Source: Patescibacteria group bacterium (GTDB lineage: Bacteria; Patescibacteriota; Patescibacteriia; UBA1558; UBA10009). Taken from it: a stretch of DNA of 33,927 nucleotides. The stretch spans positions 1 to 33,927 of the forward strand of contig DATDUR010000096.1 in NCBI GenBank assembly GCA_035290305.1. The letters are read 5' to 3'. Position 1 is the stretch's first letter. Every line of letters starts with the position of its first letter. The translations under genes were made by a program, and so were the position numbers. The notes below the pieces were generated by a model. The model made no database searches. It was not told the DNA's origin and worked only from the letters and a program-made list of their open reading frames with translations. Positions 18,358 to 26,113 of the stretch are shown one piece after another.

Positions 18358-19698
18358 TTACTGAATCACCGCGCCATAAAATCCCTCTTCATTATTAATC
18401 CGGCCAACGAAGAATAATTCTTGGCCCTTTTCATCTTCGGTGATAAAATCGGTTTTGCCAGCCTCCAAGTCAAACAGCTCATAAACGTTTCGGCGGTCGC
18501 GGCTGTCCAACTCGTAAATTTTTAACTTGCCGGAAATAACGGCAAAAATATAATCCCCGTTGGGATGCCAGAAGGCGTAATTTATCTGCTGGCTGGTCCG
18601 TTCCAGCAAAATGCTTTCATCGCTGTCCGGATAATAAGCCCACAGCTCGGAATTGTTCCAATAAAGCAGGCCGTTGTTCAACCAATTGAAAGACTGCAGG
18701 TTCTTAATAAACGACTTAACCGGCTTGTTCTGGTTATCGGGCTCAATAATGTAAACCTGGTTCTGCGAAGCGTCTTTAAGCATCAACAAACTATCGTTTA
18801 AGCTGAAAAATTCGTATTCATCGCTTAAAGGCAGGCTGAAAATAGGCTCGGCCTTTTCTTTTTGCCATAAAGACAGATAAGCCTTGTCCCTATTTTTTGA
18901 AATAAAAATCAGGCCGTTTGGCAGGGGATAAAAATCAATAATCTCGTCCTCCGTCAGCAAGGTCGTTTCCCGCGATAAAATGTTTATTTTATGCAGACCG
19001 CGGCTGTTTAAACCGTAGATGACGTTGTCGTTAAAGAAATCCCATTTAACGTCGGTAAAATTAAACGGGGAAATTTTGGACAGCTTATTGTAATAAGAAG
19101 GATCGGCCGCGTCCAAAATCAAATAATCCAAACCGTATTTAACGGCCAGCTTCCGGGAATTGGAAGACCAGGCGGTAACGGACGGAAGATAAAACTCCGG
19201 CAAATTCAAAAGTTCCGTAAAATCCTCGGTCAAGACGTCATATTTCCACAGCTGATAACCGGCCGCGGTTTTTTCCAGCAGGGCAATCCCCAGGCCGTCC
19301 GGGGAGGGGACAAAGCCCGTAAACTCGCCGGCCAGTTTTTGGGAAAAGTCAAACTCCGATTTAAACAGGGAAATATTTTCAATAAAAGTGGTTTTTTGGC
19401 TGGAGACGGGCAAATCTTTGGACCAGCTGAAATAACCCTCTTGGCCGATGCTCACGTTGTAAGTTTTGGGCAAAAGCCGGGTCAGCCGGTTGGGAGTCTG
19501 TTTTTTAGTCGGCTGGCCGTCCAAATAAATATCCGCGTTTTTGGGATAAGATTTAATAAAAAAAATTCCGGTTTTTTCCAGCCGGTTTTTTTGGAAATTA
19601 TATTTATAGCCCAGCGTATGGAGAATTACAACGGGGGAAGCTACCAAAAAAATCAGGACAAAAGCCAGGGTTAAAAATCTGCGGGAACGGACATTCAT
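18358..19698 (-). CDS. PEGA-domain protein with N-terminal membrane anchor and repeat-rich (beta-propeller-like) C-terminal region
   Basis: ATG at 19698 gives MNVRSRRFLTLAFVLIFLVASP (anchor). A PEGA-like segment follows (ADIYLDGQPTKKQTPNRL...YNVSIGQEGYFSW). The ORF track starts at TTG 19764, but that codon lies upstream of a minus-strand TATAAT box at 19736-19741. Confidence 0.8.
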   Translation of the reverse strand: MNVRSRRFLTLAFVLIFLVASPVVILHTLGYKYNFQKNRLEKTGIFFIKSYPKNADIYLDGQPTKKQTPNRLTRLLPKTYNVSIGQEGYFSWSKDLPVSSQKTTFIENISLFKSEFDFSQKLAGEFTGFVPSPDGLGIALLEKTAAGYQLWKYDVLTEDFTELLNLPEFYLPSVTAWSSNSRKLAVKYGLDYLILDAADPSYYNKLSKISPFNFTDVKWDFFNDNVIYGLNSRGLHKINILSRETTLLTEDEIIDFYPLPNGLIFISKNRDKAYLSLWQKEKAEPIFSLPLSDEYEFFSLNDSLLMLKDASQNQVYIIEPDNQNKPVKSFIKNLQSFNWLNNGLLYWNNSELWAYYPDSDESILLERTSQQINYAFWHPNGDYIFAVISGKLKIYELDSRDRRNVYELFDLEAGKTDFITEDEKGQELFFVGRINNEEGFYGAVIQ

Positions 19699-19773
19699 AA
19701 ATGGTTGATGAAACGGCTTAAAAATGATAGAATGGATTATATTAAAAAATAAGCCGATTATCAATATAATACA

Positions 19774-21081
19774 ATGTCTTACTACTTAATTCAAGGAGAC
19801 AAAAAATTATCCGGCAGCGTCAGGGTCAACTCCACTAAAAATTCGGCCGTGGCTCTGTTATGCGCTTCGTTGATTAATCAGGGCACGACCGAGTTGTTTA
19901 ACTTTCCGGATTTGGAAGAAACCAGGCGAATCATTAAAGTCCTGGAAAGCCTGGGGGTGGAATTAAAATGGAAAGGCCCAAGGCGGCTGTTGATAAAACC
20001 GCCTAAAAATCTGCGGCTGGATAAAATAGATTATAAAACCGCTTCCAAAACCAGATCGGTTTTACTGCTTTTGGGTTCGCTGGTCCACCGCCAGAAAAAA
20101 TTCAGGCTGCCGCGCTCGGGCGGCTGCAAGCTGGGCTTAAGGACAGTTAAACCGTACGTCTACGCTTTTGAAAACTTCGGCATCAGGATAAAAACCCTGG
20201 CCAAATATTACAACGTTGACGCGACCAGAAAAAAACCGGCCTCCGAAATCATCCTTTACGAATCGGGCGATACCGTCACCGAGGCCGTCTTAATGGCCGC
20301 CTCTTTGTTTAAAAACGAAACCACGGTTAAATACGCTTCGGCCAACTACCAGGTTCAGGAAATCTGTTTCTTTCTGTCCAAGTTGGGAGTTAAAATAACC
20401 GGCCTCGGCGGCACCACGCTGGTTATTCGCGGCGTCGGGCGAGTCAACAAAAACGTTAAATATCAGCTGGCCGAGGATCCGATTGACGCCATTTTGTTTA
20501 TCGCCCTGGCCGCCACCACCAATTCCGCCATCACCATTAAAGGCTGTCCCATAGATTTTCTGGAGCTGGAACTGTTAAAGCTCGCCAAGATGGGTTTTAA
20601 GTACGAAATTTTAAGGCGGTATTTTTCCAAAAATAAAAAAACCAGGCTGGTGGATATCAAAACCAAGCCGTCCAAGTTAAAAGCTCTGGCCGAAAAAATT
20701 TACGCCCGGCCTTATCCCGGCCTGAATATAGACAACCTGCCGTTTTTCGTGCCGATTGCCACCCGGGCCAAGGGCACCACTCTGATTCACGACTGGGTTT
20801 ACGAAAATCGGGCCATTTATTATAACGAGCTGGCCAGGCTGGGGGCTAAAATCACCCTGGCGGACCCGCACCGCGTTTTTATTGAGGGTCCGACCAGATT
20901 AACGGGCACGGAAATAGTCTGCCCGCCCGCTTTGCGCCCCTCCATCATCATTTTAATCGCCATGATGGCCTCAAGAGGCAAATCCATTTTACGAAACATT
21001 GAAGGCATTGACCGCGGTTATGAAGACCTGGAAAATCGTCTTAAAAATTTAGGCGCCAAAATAAAAAGAATTAACGATTAA
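19774..21081 (+). CDS. murA: UDP-N-acetylglucosamine 1-carboxyvinyltransferase
   Basis: 435 aa of EPSP/MurA fold, with the active-site loop RSGGCKLGLR and the C-terminal IDRGYEDLENRLKNLGA. Confidence 0.94.
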   Translation: MSYYLIQGDKKLSGSVRVNSTKNSAVALLCASLINQGTTELFNFPDLEETRRIIKVLESLGVELKWKGPRRLLIKPPKNLRLDKIDYKTASKTRSVLLLLGSLVHRQKKFRLPRSGGCKLGLRTVKPYVYAFENFGIRIKTLAKYYNVDATRKKPASEIILYESGDTVTEAVLMAASLFKNETTVKYASANYQVQEICFFLSKLGVKITGLGGTTLVIRGVGRVNKNVKYQLAEDPIDAILFIALAATTNSAITIKGCPIDFLELELLKLAKMGFKYEILRRYFSKNKKTRLVDIKTKPSKLKALAEKIYARPYPGLNIDNLPFFVPIATRAKGTTLIHDWVYENRAIYYNELARLGAKITLADPHRVFIEGPTRLTGTEIVCPPALRPSIIILIAMMASRGKSILRNIEGIDRGYEDLENRLKNLGAKIKRIND

Positions 21082-21087
21082 AATCGT

Positions 21088-22374
21088 ATGGAAGAAAATT
21101 CAAATAATAATCTTCTAAATAATCCCAGCCACCCCTTAAGCCGCCGACCGAATTTTCGGGCGGTCGTTTACGGCGGCATCGTTCTCTTAATGATTATCAG
21201 TTTTTCCATCGGCATCGTGGTGGGCGTTAATAAAAAAATCGCCGACTCGGGAACAAGCGCGCCCGAAGTGGGCCGGGTTATCAATACCGACAGCCTGCCC
21301 GACTACTTGACCAAGGACGTTAATTTCAAACTCTTCTGGAAAGTCTGGGACACGATTAAAAACAAATTCATCGATAAAAACCAGCTCACCGACGCCCAGC
21401 TTTTTTACGGCGCCATGGCCGGCGTGGTCGACAGTCTGGGCGATCCCTATTCCGTCTTTTTAAATCCCCAGACTTCCGAGGAATTCAGCGACGAACTTAA
21501 CGGCAAATTCGAAGGCATCGGCGCCGAAATCGGCATCCGCAATAACCAGCTTACCATCATCTCGCCTCTGCCCGAATCGCCGGCCGAACAAGCCGGCCTT
21601 AAGGCCCTGGATAGAATCATTGGCATTGACGGCTTGGAAACAACCGGCATGTCTTTAGACCAGGCCGTCTCCTTAATCAGGGGCGATAAAGACACGGAAG
21701 TTATTTTAACCGTCACCCGCGACGGACTGAATGAGTCCAAGGAAATCAAAATTATCAGGAATACCATTAAAATAATCAGCGTCAACTGGACGGATAAAAA
21801 CGGCATCGCTTACGTCAAATTAACCAATTTTAATTCCGACACCAGCGCCAAATTTTTGGAAGTGGCCAATGAAGTCATTAACAGTTCGCCCAAAGGCGTT
21901 ATTCTGGATTTAAGGAACAACCCCGGCGGTTATCTGGAAACGGCGGTGGACATTGCCGGCTACTGGATTAAAGAGGGCCAGGTGGTGGTGCGCGAAGAAT
22001 TCAGCAATGCCGAGCAGAATCAGGAATACGTTTCCAATGGTAAGGGCCAGCTGGCCGATTTTAAGACGGTGGTTTTAGTCAACGGCGGCTCGGCTTCGGC
22101 TTCGGAAATCGTGGCCGGCGCTCTGCAGGATTACCAACTGGCCACGGTGGTGGGCGAAACCACTTTCGGCAAAGGCTCGGTTCAGGAACTGGAAAATCTT
22201 TCGGACGGTTCGGCCATCAAGCTTACCATTGCCCGCTGGCTGACGCCCTACAGCCGGACCATTGACAAAAATGGCATTCAACCGGATTTTGAGTTAAAAT
22301 TAACGGAAGAAGATATTAACGAAAACAAAGATCCCCAGCTGGACAAAGCTCTGGAAATAATTAACCAGGAATAA
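21088..22374 (+). CDS. S41 family C-terminal processing peptidase
   Basis: 428 aa with an N-terminal anchor, a PDZ segment (SPAEQAGLKALDRIIGIDG), the catalytic-Ser region GGSASASEI and the Lys region TFGKGSVQ. Confidence 0.93.
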   Translation: MEENSNNNLLNNPSHPLSRRPNFRAVVYGGIVLLMIISFSIGIVVGVNKKIADSGTSAPEVGRVINTDSLPDYLTKDVNFKLFWKVWDTIKNKFIDKNQLTDAQLFYGAMAGVVDSLGDPYSVFLNPQTSEEFSDELNGKFEGIGAEIGIRNNQLTIISPLPESPAEQAGLKALDRIIGIDGLETTGMSLDQAVSLIRGDKDTEVILTVTRDGLNESKEIKIIRNTIKIISVNWTDKNGIAYVKLTNFNSDTSAKFLEVANEVINSSPKGVILDLRNNPGGYLETAVDIAGYWIKEGQVVVREEFSNAEQNQEYVSNGKGQLADFKTVVLVNGGSASASEIVAGALQDYQLATVVGETTFGKGSVQELENLSDGSAIKLTIARWLTPYSRTIDKNGIQPDFELKLTEEDINENKDPQLDKALEIINQE

Positions 22375-22385
22375 AAGTATAATAT

Positions 22386-22835
22386 ATGAAAATCTTGTTA
22401 ATTCAAAACGTTGACCGGGTCGGTAAAAAAGGCGAGGTTAAAGAAGTGGCCAACGGTTTTGCCGGAAATTTTTTATTTCCCCGCGGCCTGGCCGTGATAG
22501 CCACCGAGCGGGTGATGGCGGAAAATAAAATCAGACAAGACAAGGTTATTCACCAATCTGTTTCTAAAAAAGATGATCTGGGAAAAAACCTTAATCGCCT
22601 GAAAGATAAAACCGTTACAACCAAGGTCAAAGCCTCGGCTAAGGGCACGCTGTTTCAATCAATCGGCTCTAAAGAAATTGTCCGTCTGATTGAGGCGCAG
22701 CTTAAAATTTCCCTGCCGGAAAAAGCCGTTAAACTGGACAACTCTCTTAAAGAATTGGGAGAACATCAGCTCAAAGCCGCTGCCGGAGATAAAGCCGTTA
22801 ATTTTAAATTAAAAATAGAACCAGATGGTCAATAA
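22386..22835 (+). CDS. rplI: 50S ribosomal protein L9
   Basis: 149 aa starting MKILLIQNVDRVGKKGEVKEVANGFAGNFLFPRGLAV, a typical L9 N-domain. Confidence 0.93.
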   Translation: MKILLIQNVDRVGKKGEVKEVANGFAGNFLFPRGLAVIATERVMAENKIRQDKVIHQSVSKKDDLGKNLNRLKDKTVTTKVKASAKGTLFQSIGSKEIVRLIEAQLKISLPEKAVKLDNSLKELGEHQLKAAAGDKAVNFKLKIEPDGQ

Positions 22836-24525
22836 AAACATTAAAACCAAATACATCTTCGTTTCCGGCGGCGTCTTGAGCGGCCTGGGCAAGGGCGTCT
22901 GCGCCGCCTCCATCGGCTTTCTGCTGGAAAACCGCGGTTATAAAATCGGCGTTATTAAATGCGAAAATTACCTCAACGTGGATTCCGGCACCATTAATCC
23001 CATTGAACATGGCGACGCCTTTTTATGCGAAGACGGCCTGGAGGCCGACATGGACCTGGGCACTTACGAACGCTTTTTAAACCGCGAAATGGGCCATCGC
23101 AATTTCACCACCATGGGCCAGATTTACAAAACCGTGATTGACCGCGAACGGTCCTTTGGCTACAACGGCGAGGACGTGGAAGCCATTCCCCACATTTCCG
23201 ACGAAATCATCGCCCGAATCCAGGAAGCGGGCCAGGACAACGAGATTATCATTATTGAACTGGGCGGCACGGCCGGCGAATACCAGAACATGCTTTATTA
23301 CGAGGCCTGCCGCATTATGAAGGCCGAACTACCCGGACAGGTTTTAAACGTCCACGTCAGCTACGTGCCTTTGCCCGCGCACATTGGCGAACCCAAAACC
23401 ATGCCCACCCAGCTGTCCATGAGAACGGTTATGAGCATGGGCATTTTGCCGGAGTTTTTGGTTTTAAGAAGCGCGGCCACGCTGGATAAAAGACGGCGCT
23501 ACCTCTTGGGCCTTAAAACCAGCGTGCCGGGCGACAACGTCATCATGGCGCCGGATTTGGACAGCATTTACGAACTGCCGCTACTTTTTGCCAAGCAGGA
23601 ATTTGATAAAAAAATCCTTAAATATTTCAAGTTGCACTTAAAGACCCCTCGCCTGGGCGAATGGGCGAAGTTAATCAAAAAAATCAAAATTCAGAAAAAT
23701 AAATCAATTAATATCGTGATTGCCGGCAAATACATCAGCACCGGCGATTATGAACTTTACGATTCTTACGCCGCTTTGATTGAAGCGATTAAACACGCCT
23801 GCTGGCATTTAAACCTTAATCTTAATTTGCGCTTTGTTAATACTGAAGACATAGAAAAAGAGGGCAGCAAGCTGATCGGCAAGCCCGACGGGCTGATTGT
23901 GCCCATCGGCTGGGGCCACCGCGGCGCCGAAGGCAAAATTTCGGCCATCAGATACGCCCGGGAAAAGAAAATTCCTTATCTGGGCCTGTGCTACGGCATG
24001 CAGCTGGCCTGCGTGGAATTTGCCCGCCACGTGGTCGGTTTGTCCGACGCCAACAGCGTGGAAATAAATCCGGAAACCAAAAATCCGATTATCCACGACA
24101 TTCCCATGGACACCAGATACCAGGTGATAAAAGGCGAGGGCACTTCCATGCGTTTGGGCGCTTACGACTGTTATCTCTTGGAAAATTCCCAGGCCGGCAG
24201 AATTTACCTCAAAGCCGGCGAAGGCAGACTGCTTTCCGAGGTCCAAAAGAAAAACGCCAAAATCAAGGCCAAGGGCAGTATCAAAATTTCCGAAAGGCAC
24301 CGGCACAGATACGAATTCAATAACGACTATCGCGAAATTCTGGAAGATAACGGCCTGATTATTTCCGGCACTTCCGCCGACGACTTTTTCGTGGAAATGA
24401 TAGAATTGCCCAAGAAAATGCATCCGTTTTTCATCGCCACCCAGGGCCATCCGGAATACAAATCCAAACCCCTGCATCCTCATCCGATTTTCATTGAATT
24501 CTTAAAAGCCGGTTTAAAAAAATAA
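22825..24525 (+). CDS. pyrG: CTP synthase
   Basis: 566 aa with KYIFVSGGVLSGLGKG and the glutaminase domain motifs LGLCYGMQ and HRHRYEFN. It overlaps rplI by 11 nt. Confidence 0.97.
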   Translation: MVNKNIKTKYIFVSGGVLSGLGKGVCAASIGFLLENRGYKIGVIKCENYLNVDSGTINPIEHGDAFLCEDGLEADMDLGTYERFLNREMGHRNFTTMGQIYKTVIDRERSFGYNGEDVEAIPHISDEIIARIQEAGQDNEIIIIELGGTAGEYQNMLYYEACRIMKAELPGQVLNVHVSYVPLPAHIGEPKTMPTQLSMRTVMSMGILPEFLVLRSAATLDKRRRYLLGLKTSVPGDNVIMAPDLDSIYELPLLFAKQEFDKKILKYFKLHLKTPRLGEWAKLIKKIKIQKNKSINIVIAGKYISTGDYELYDSYAALIEAIKHACWHLNLNLNLRFVNTEDIEKEGSKLIGKPDGLIVPIGWGHRGAEGKISAIRYAREKKIPYLGLCYGMQLACVEFARHVVGLSDANSVEINPETKNPIIHDIPMDTRYQVIKGEGTSMRLGAYDCYLLENSQAGRIYLKAGEGRLLSEVQKKNAKIKAKGSIKISERHRHRYEFNNDYREILEDNGLIISGTSADDFFVEMIELPKKMHPFFIATQGHPEYKSKPLHPHPIFIEFLKAGLKK

Positions 24526-24618
24526 TAAATCAGGGACGCCGCCCCTATTTCCCCTCCTTAGTAAGGAGGGGATTAAGGGGAGGTTATATCATCCGTATTT
24601 CTCCATAAAAAATAACCT

Positions 24619-24644
24619 ACCCGTTTATAAAGACGGGTTTTATT
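24619..24644 (+). terminator. weak intrinsic terminator after pyrG
   Basis: ACCCGT-TTATAAAG-ACGGGT (6-bp stem) followed by TTTATT. It is preceded by a 9-bp GC hairpin, CCCCTCCTT-AGT-AAGGAGGGG, at 24551-24571. Confidence 0.4.
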
Positions 24645-24671
24645 GACATTCGGGTTAAAAAATAGTATATT
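24643..24671 (+). promoter_or_regulatory. sigma70-like promoter upstream of the tRNA-Gln fragment / GIY-YIG / tRNA-Gln unit
   Basis: TTGACA (24643-24648), a 17-nt spacer, then TATATT (24666-24671). The tRNA-like sequence starts about 20 nt downstream. Confidence 0.5.
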
Positions 24672-24690
24672 TTTTCAGTTGAAACTTTAT

Positions 24691-24787
24691 TCGGGGGTCG
24701 TCCCTCGGCCGTAGCCCATAGCCGGGCACGGCCTACGGGCAGCTCGCCCATAGGGCTATGCCCGAGGGAGGCTAATGGTAGGACACC
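24691..24787 (+). pseudogene. remnant of tRNA-Gln 5' part (nt 1-27), split by a 70-nt insertion
   Basis: 24691-24702 plus 24773-24787 are identical to nt 1-12 and 13-27 of the intact tRNA at 25062. The 4 upstream nt (TTAT) are also shared. There is no anticodon loop, T arm or 3' acceptor strand. Confidence 0.8.
24703..24772 (+). repeat. 70-nt GC-rich palindromic insertion (three-way-junction-like) in the D-arm position of the tRNA remnant
   Basis: Closing stem CCCTCGG/CCGAGGG is continued by GTAGCCC/GGGCTAT. It encloses two small hairpins, GCCG-GGCA-CGGC and GGGC-AGCTC-GCCC. The segment is absent from the intact tRNA copy. Confidence 0.6.
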
Positions 24788-25061
24788 TTATAATAATAAG
24801 ATGAAAAGCGATTTATATTATATTTACGTTTTGCTTAGTTTAAAAGATAATAATCTTTATATTGGATGTACTTCAAATTTGGATAAAAGGTTAAAATATC
24901 ATAATCAAGGAAGGGTAAAGTCAACACAAAATAGAAGACCTTTTAAATTAGTTTACTTTGAAGAATATACTGACAAGTACTTAGCTTTTAAAACGGAAAG
25001 GTCTTATAAAACAGCTAAAGGTAAAAGAATCTTAAAATCTAAAATAAAAAATAATACTTAT
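24788..25061 (+). mobile_element. AT-rich GIY-YIG ORF module inserted between duplicated tRNA-Gln 5' segments
   Basis: It is bounded by 31-nt direct repeats (the left copy is interrupted), is strongly AT-rich relative to its flanks, and carries one small nuclease-family ORF. Confidence 0.4.
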
Positions 25062-25076
25062 TCGGGGGTCGTCTAA
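24801..25076 (+). CDS. GIY-YIG nuclease family protein (small, UPF0213-like)
   Basis: 91 aa with YYIYVL...LYIGCTSNLDKRLKYHNQG...YFEE, the GIY/YIG-Arg-Glu pattern. The last 5 codons and the TAA (25074-25076) are encoded by nt 1-15 of the tRNA-Gln gene. Confidence 0.82.
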   Translation: MKSDLYYIYVLLSLKDNNLYIGCTSNLDKRLKYHNQGRVKSTQNRRPFKLVYFEEYTDKYLAFKTERSYKTAKGKRILKSKIKNNTYSGVV

Positions 25077-25135
25077 TGGTAGGACACCAGGTTTTGGTCC
25101 TGGTAATAGGGGTTCGATTCCCTTCCCCCGAGCCA
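25062..25135 (+). tRNA. tRNA-Gln (anticodon UUG), CCA encoded
   Basis: Hand-folded cloverleaf. Acceptor stem TCGGGGG/CCCCCGA with the U1-A72 pair typical of bacterial tRNA-Gln. D loop AATGGTA. Anticodon stem CCAGG/CCTGG with loop TT-TTG-GT. T arm AGGGG-TTCGATT-CCCTT, discriminator G and CCA. Confidence 0.9.
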
Positions 25136-25180
25136 ATAACTTTGAAAATTAATTCAAATCTTTACTAAAGATTTAACTGT

Positions 25181-25648
25181 ATGAATAGTAATATAAAATT
25201 TTCTGAGAACCTTATAAAAGGCAAGGTAGCTGAAGTAATCTTTGAACAGATGTTTAGAGAATCCGGAAAATTTACGATTTTGAAATCTGGTTATGAATAT
25301 ATCTTTCCGGAGTTAGCTCAATACAAACAGTTGCCAAGAGTAGAATTGATGCTTCAGAATATTAAAGATATCCCTGATTTTATTCTAATTTCAGATGATA
25401 AAAGGAAAGTTTATTTAGTGGAAGTAAAATATAGAACAAACTTAGTAAATAAAGAGATTTTAAAAATGGCAGAAAAGACACTAAAAGCATGGAATCACTC
25501 CTGCTTATTTGTCGCTTCACCTGATGGTTTCTATTTTGGACCTTGTAATACCATAGTTAACAATGGCGGCAAAATCGAACTCTTTAAATGGATAAATAAT
25601 GAAATCCAAAACGAGTATCTTAAATTGCTTAAAAAATTTGAAAAATAA
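25181..25648 (+). CDS. hypothetical protein with PD-(D/E)xK nuclease-like motif
   Basis: 155 aa. An N-terminal helix with Glu (KVAEVIFEQMF) is followed by IPDFILISDDKRKVYLVEVKYR (D ... E-x-K spacing). The gene is AT-rich and ends at a strong terminator. Confidence 0.65.
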   Translation: MNSNIKFSENLIKGKVAEVIFEQMFRESGKFTILKSGYEYIFPELAQYKQLPRVELMLQNIKDIPDFILISDDKRKVYLVEVKYRTNLVNKEILKMAEKTLKAWNHSCLFVASPDGFYFGPCNTIVNNGGKIELFKWINNEIQNEYLKLLKKFEK

Positions 25649-25662
25649 AAAAATAATAATTT

Positions 25663-25694
25663 CCGCACGTATTCACTTTACGTGCGGTTTTTTT
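25663..25694 (+). terminator. intrinsic terminator
   Basis: CCGCACGT-(9 nt)-ACGTGCGG forms a perfect 8-bp stem followed by T7. Confidence 0.7.
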
Positions 25695-25723
25695 ATCTCT
25701 TAAACCACTTTTAAAATTTCTTT

Positions 25724-26098
25724 CTAACCTATAGTTGCTGGAGCGGACAAAATGCCGTCGCTTTTTTTCTTAACGATGGTGCCGTGAATTAAACGAAACG
25801 CAGGACGACCTTCCGGTTTATAAATCATCGGCGCGCCGATTAAAGCCTGGCAATGAGTACATTTAAGACCGGGAAAATTGGATGATTTACTGACGGAATG
25901 GGAGCGTCCCGCAAGACTCTCCGGCGCATGTATCCGATTAAGATACAAGCGAAAGAGGTTTCCCGGACCATCTTTTTGATAAAGAAGCAGCCAATGCCGG
26001 CAATGGGAACAATAGATGTTGTAGAAAGCAGAGCTCCCGCCACGAAAGCTCATGTATTTGTCTCGTCTAAGTTTAAACTCTTGTTTGTCTTTTTTCAT
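25724..26098 (-). CDS. zinc-ribbon-like protein with internal duplication, unknown function
   Basis: 124 aa with two CxHC knuckles (YCSHC, KCTHC), each followed 14-17 aa later by FRL. It starts 15 nt downstream of the PilB-like ATPase stop on the same strand. Confidence 0.65.
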   Translation of the reverse strand: MKKDKQEFKLRRDKYMSFRGGSSAFYNIYCSHCRHWLLLYQKDGPGNLFRLYLNRIHAPESLAGRSHSVSKSSNFPGLKCTHCQALIGAPMIYKPEGRPAFRLIHGTIVKKKSDGILSAPATIG

Positions 26099-26113
26099 TT
26101 GAGGAAATGATTG

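Noticed and set aside
19699-19764. TTG 19764 as the start of the PEGA protein, as in the ORF track
   Set aside because: The extra 22 residues precede the obvious basic-then-hydrophobic anchor that starts at ATG 19698. The TTG also lies upstream of the only -10-like box (19736-19741) on that strand.
19765-19770. TATAAT boxes 2-3 nt upstream of the murA and rplI (22378-22383) start codons as their promoters
   Set aside because: They are too close: transcription would start downstream of the annotated ATG, and no alternative in-frame start exists. They more likely reflect the A/T-rich translation-initiation context.
23809-24483. 224-aa minus-strand ORF, with further ORFs at 23988-24323 (+), 22804-23010 (-) and elsewhere inside pyrG
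   Set aside because: It lies entirely antisense or out of frame within a full-length, motif-complete CTP synthase gene. Its low-complexity Gly/Ala/Val-rich translation is typical of shadow ORFs.
24551-24618. Riboswitch or ncRNA between pyrG and the tRNA promoter
   Set aside because: There are only simple hairpins (a 9-bp GC stem, and a 7-bp AGGTTAT/ATAACCT stem) with no recognisable conserved riboswitch core. They are best explained as terminator or insulator structure.
24691-25135. A single tRNA-Gln gene containing a group I or archaeal-type intron that encodes the GIY-YIG protein
   Set aside because: The downstream copy (25062-25135) is a complete cloverleaf on its own. The junction is in the anticodon stem (nt 27/28), not the anticodon loop. 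Splicing the upstream part would still leave the 70-nt insertion in the D arm.
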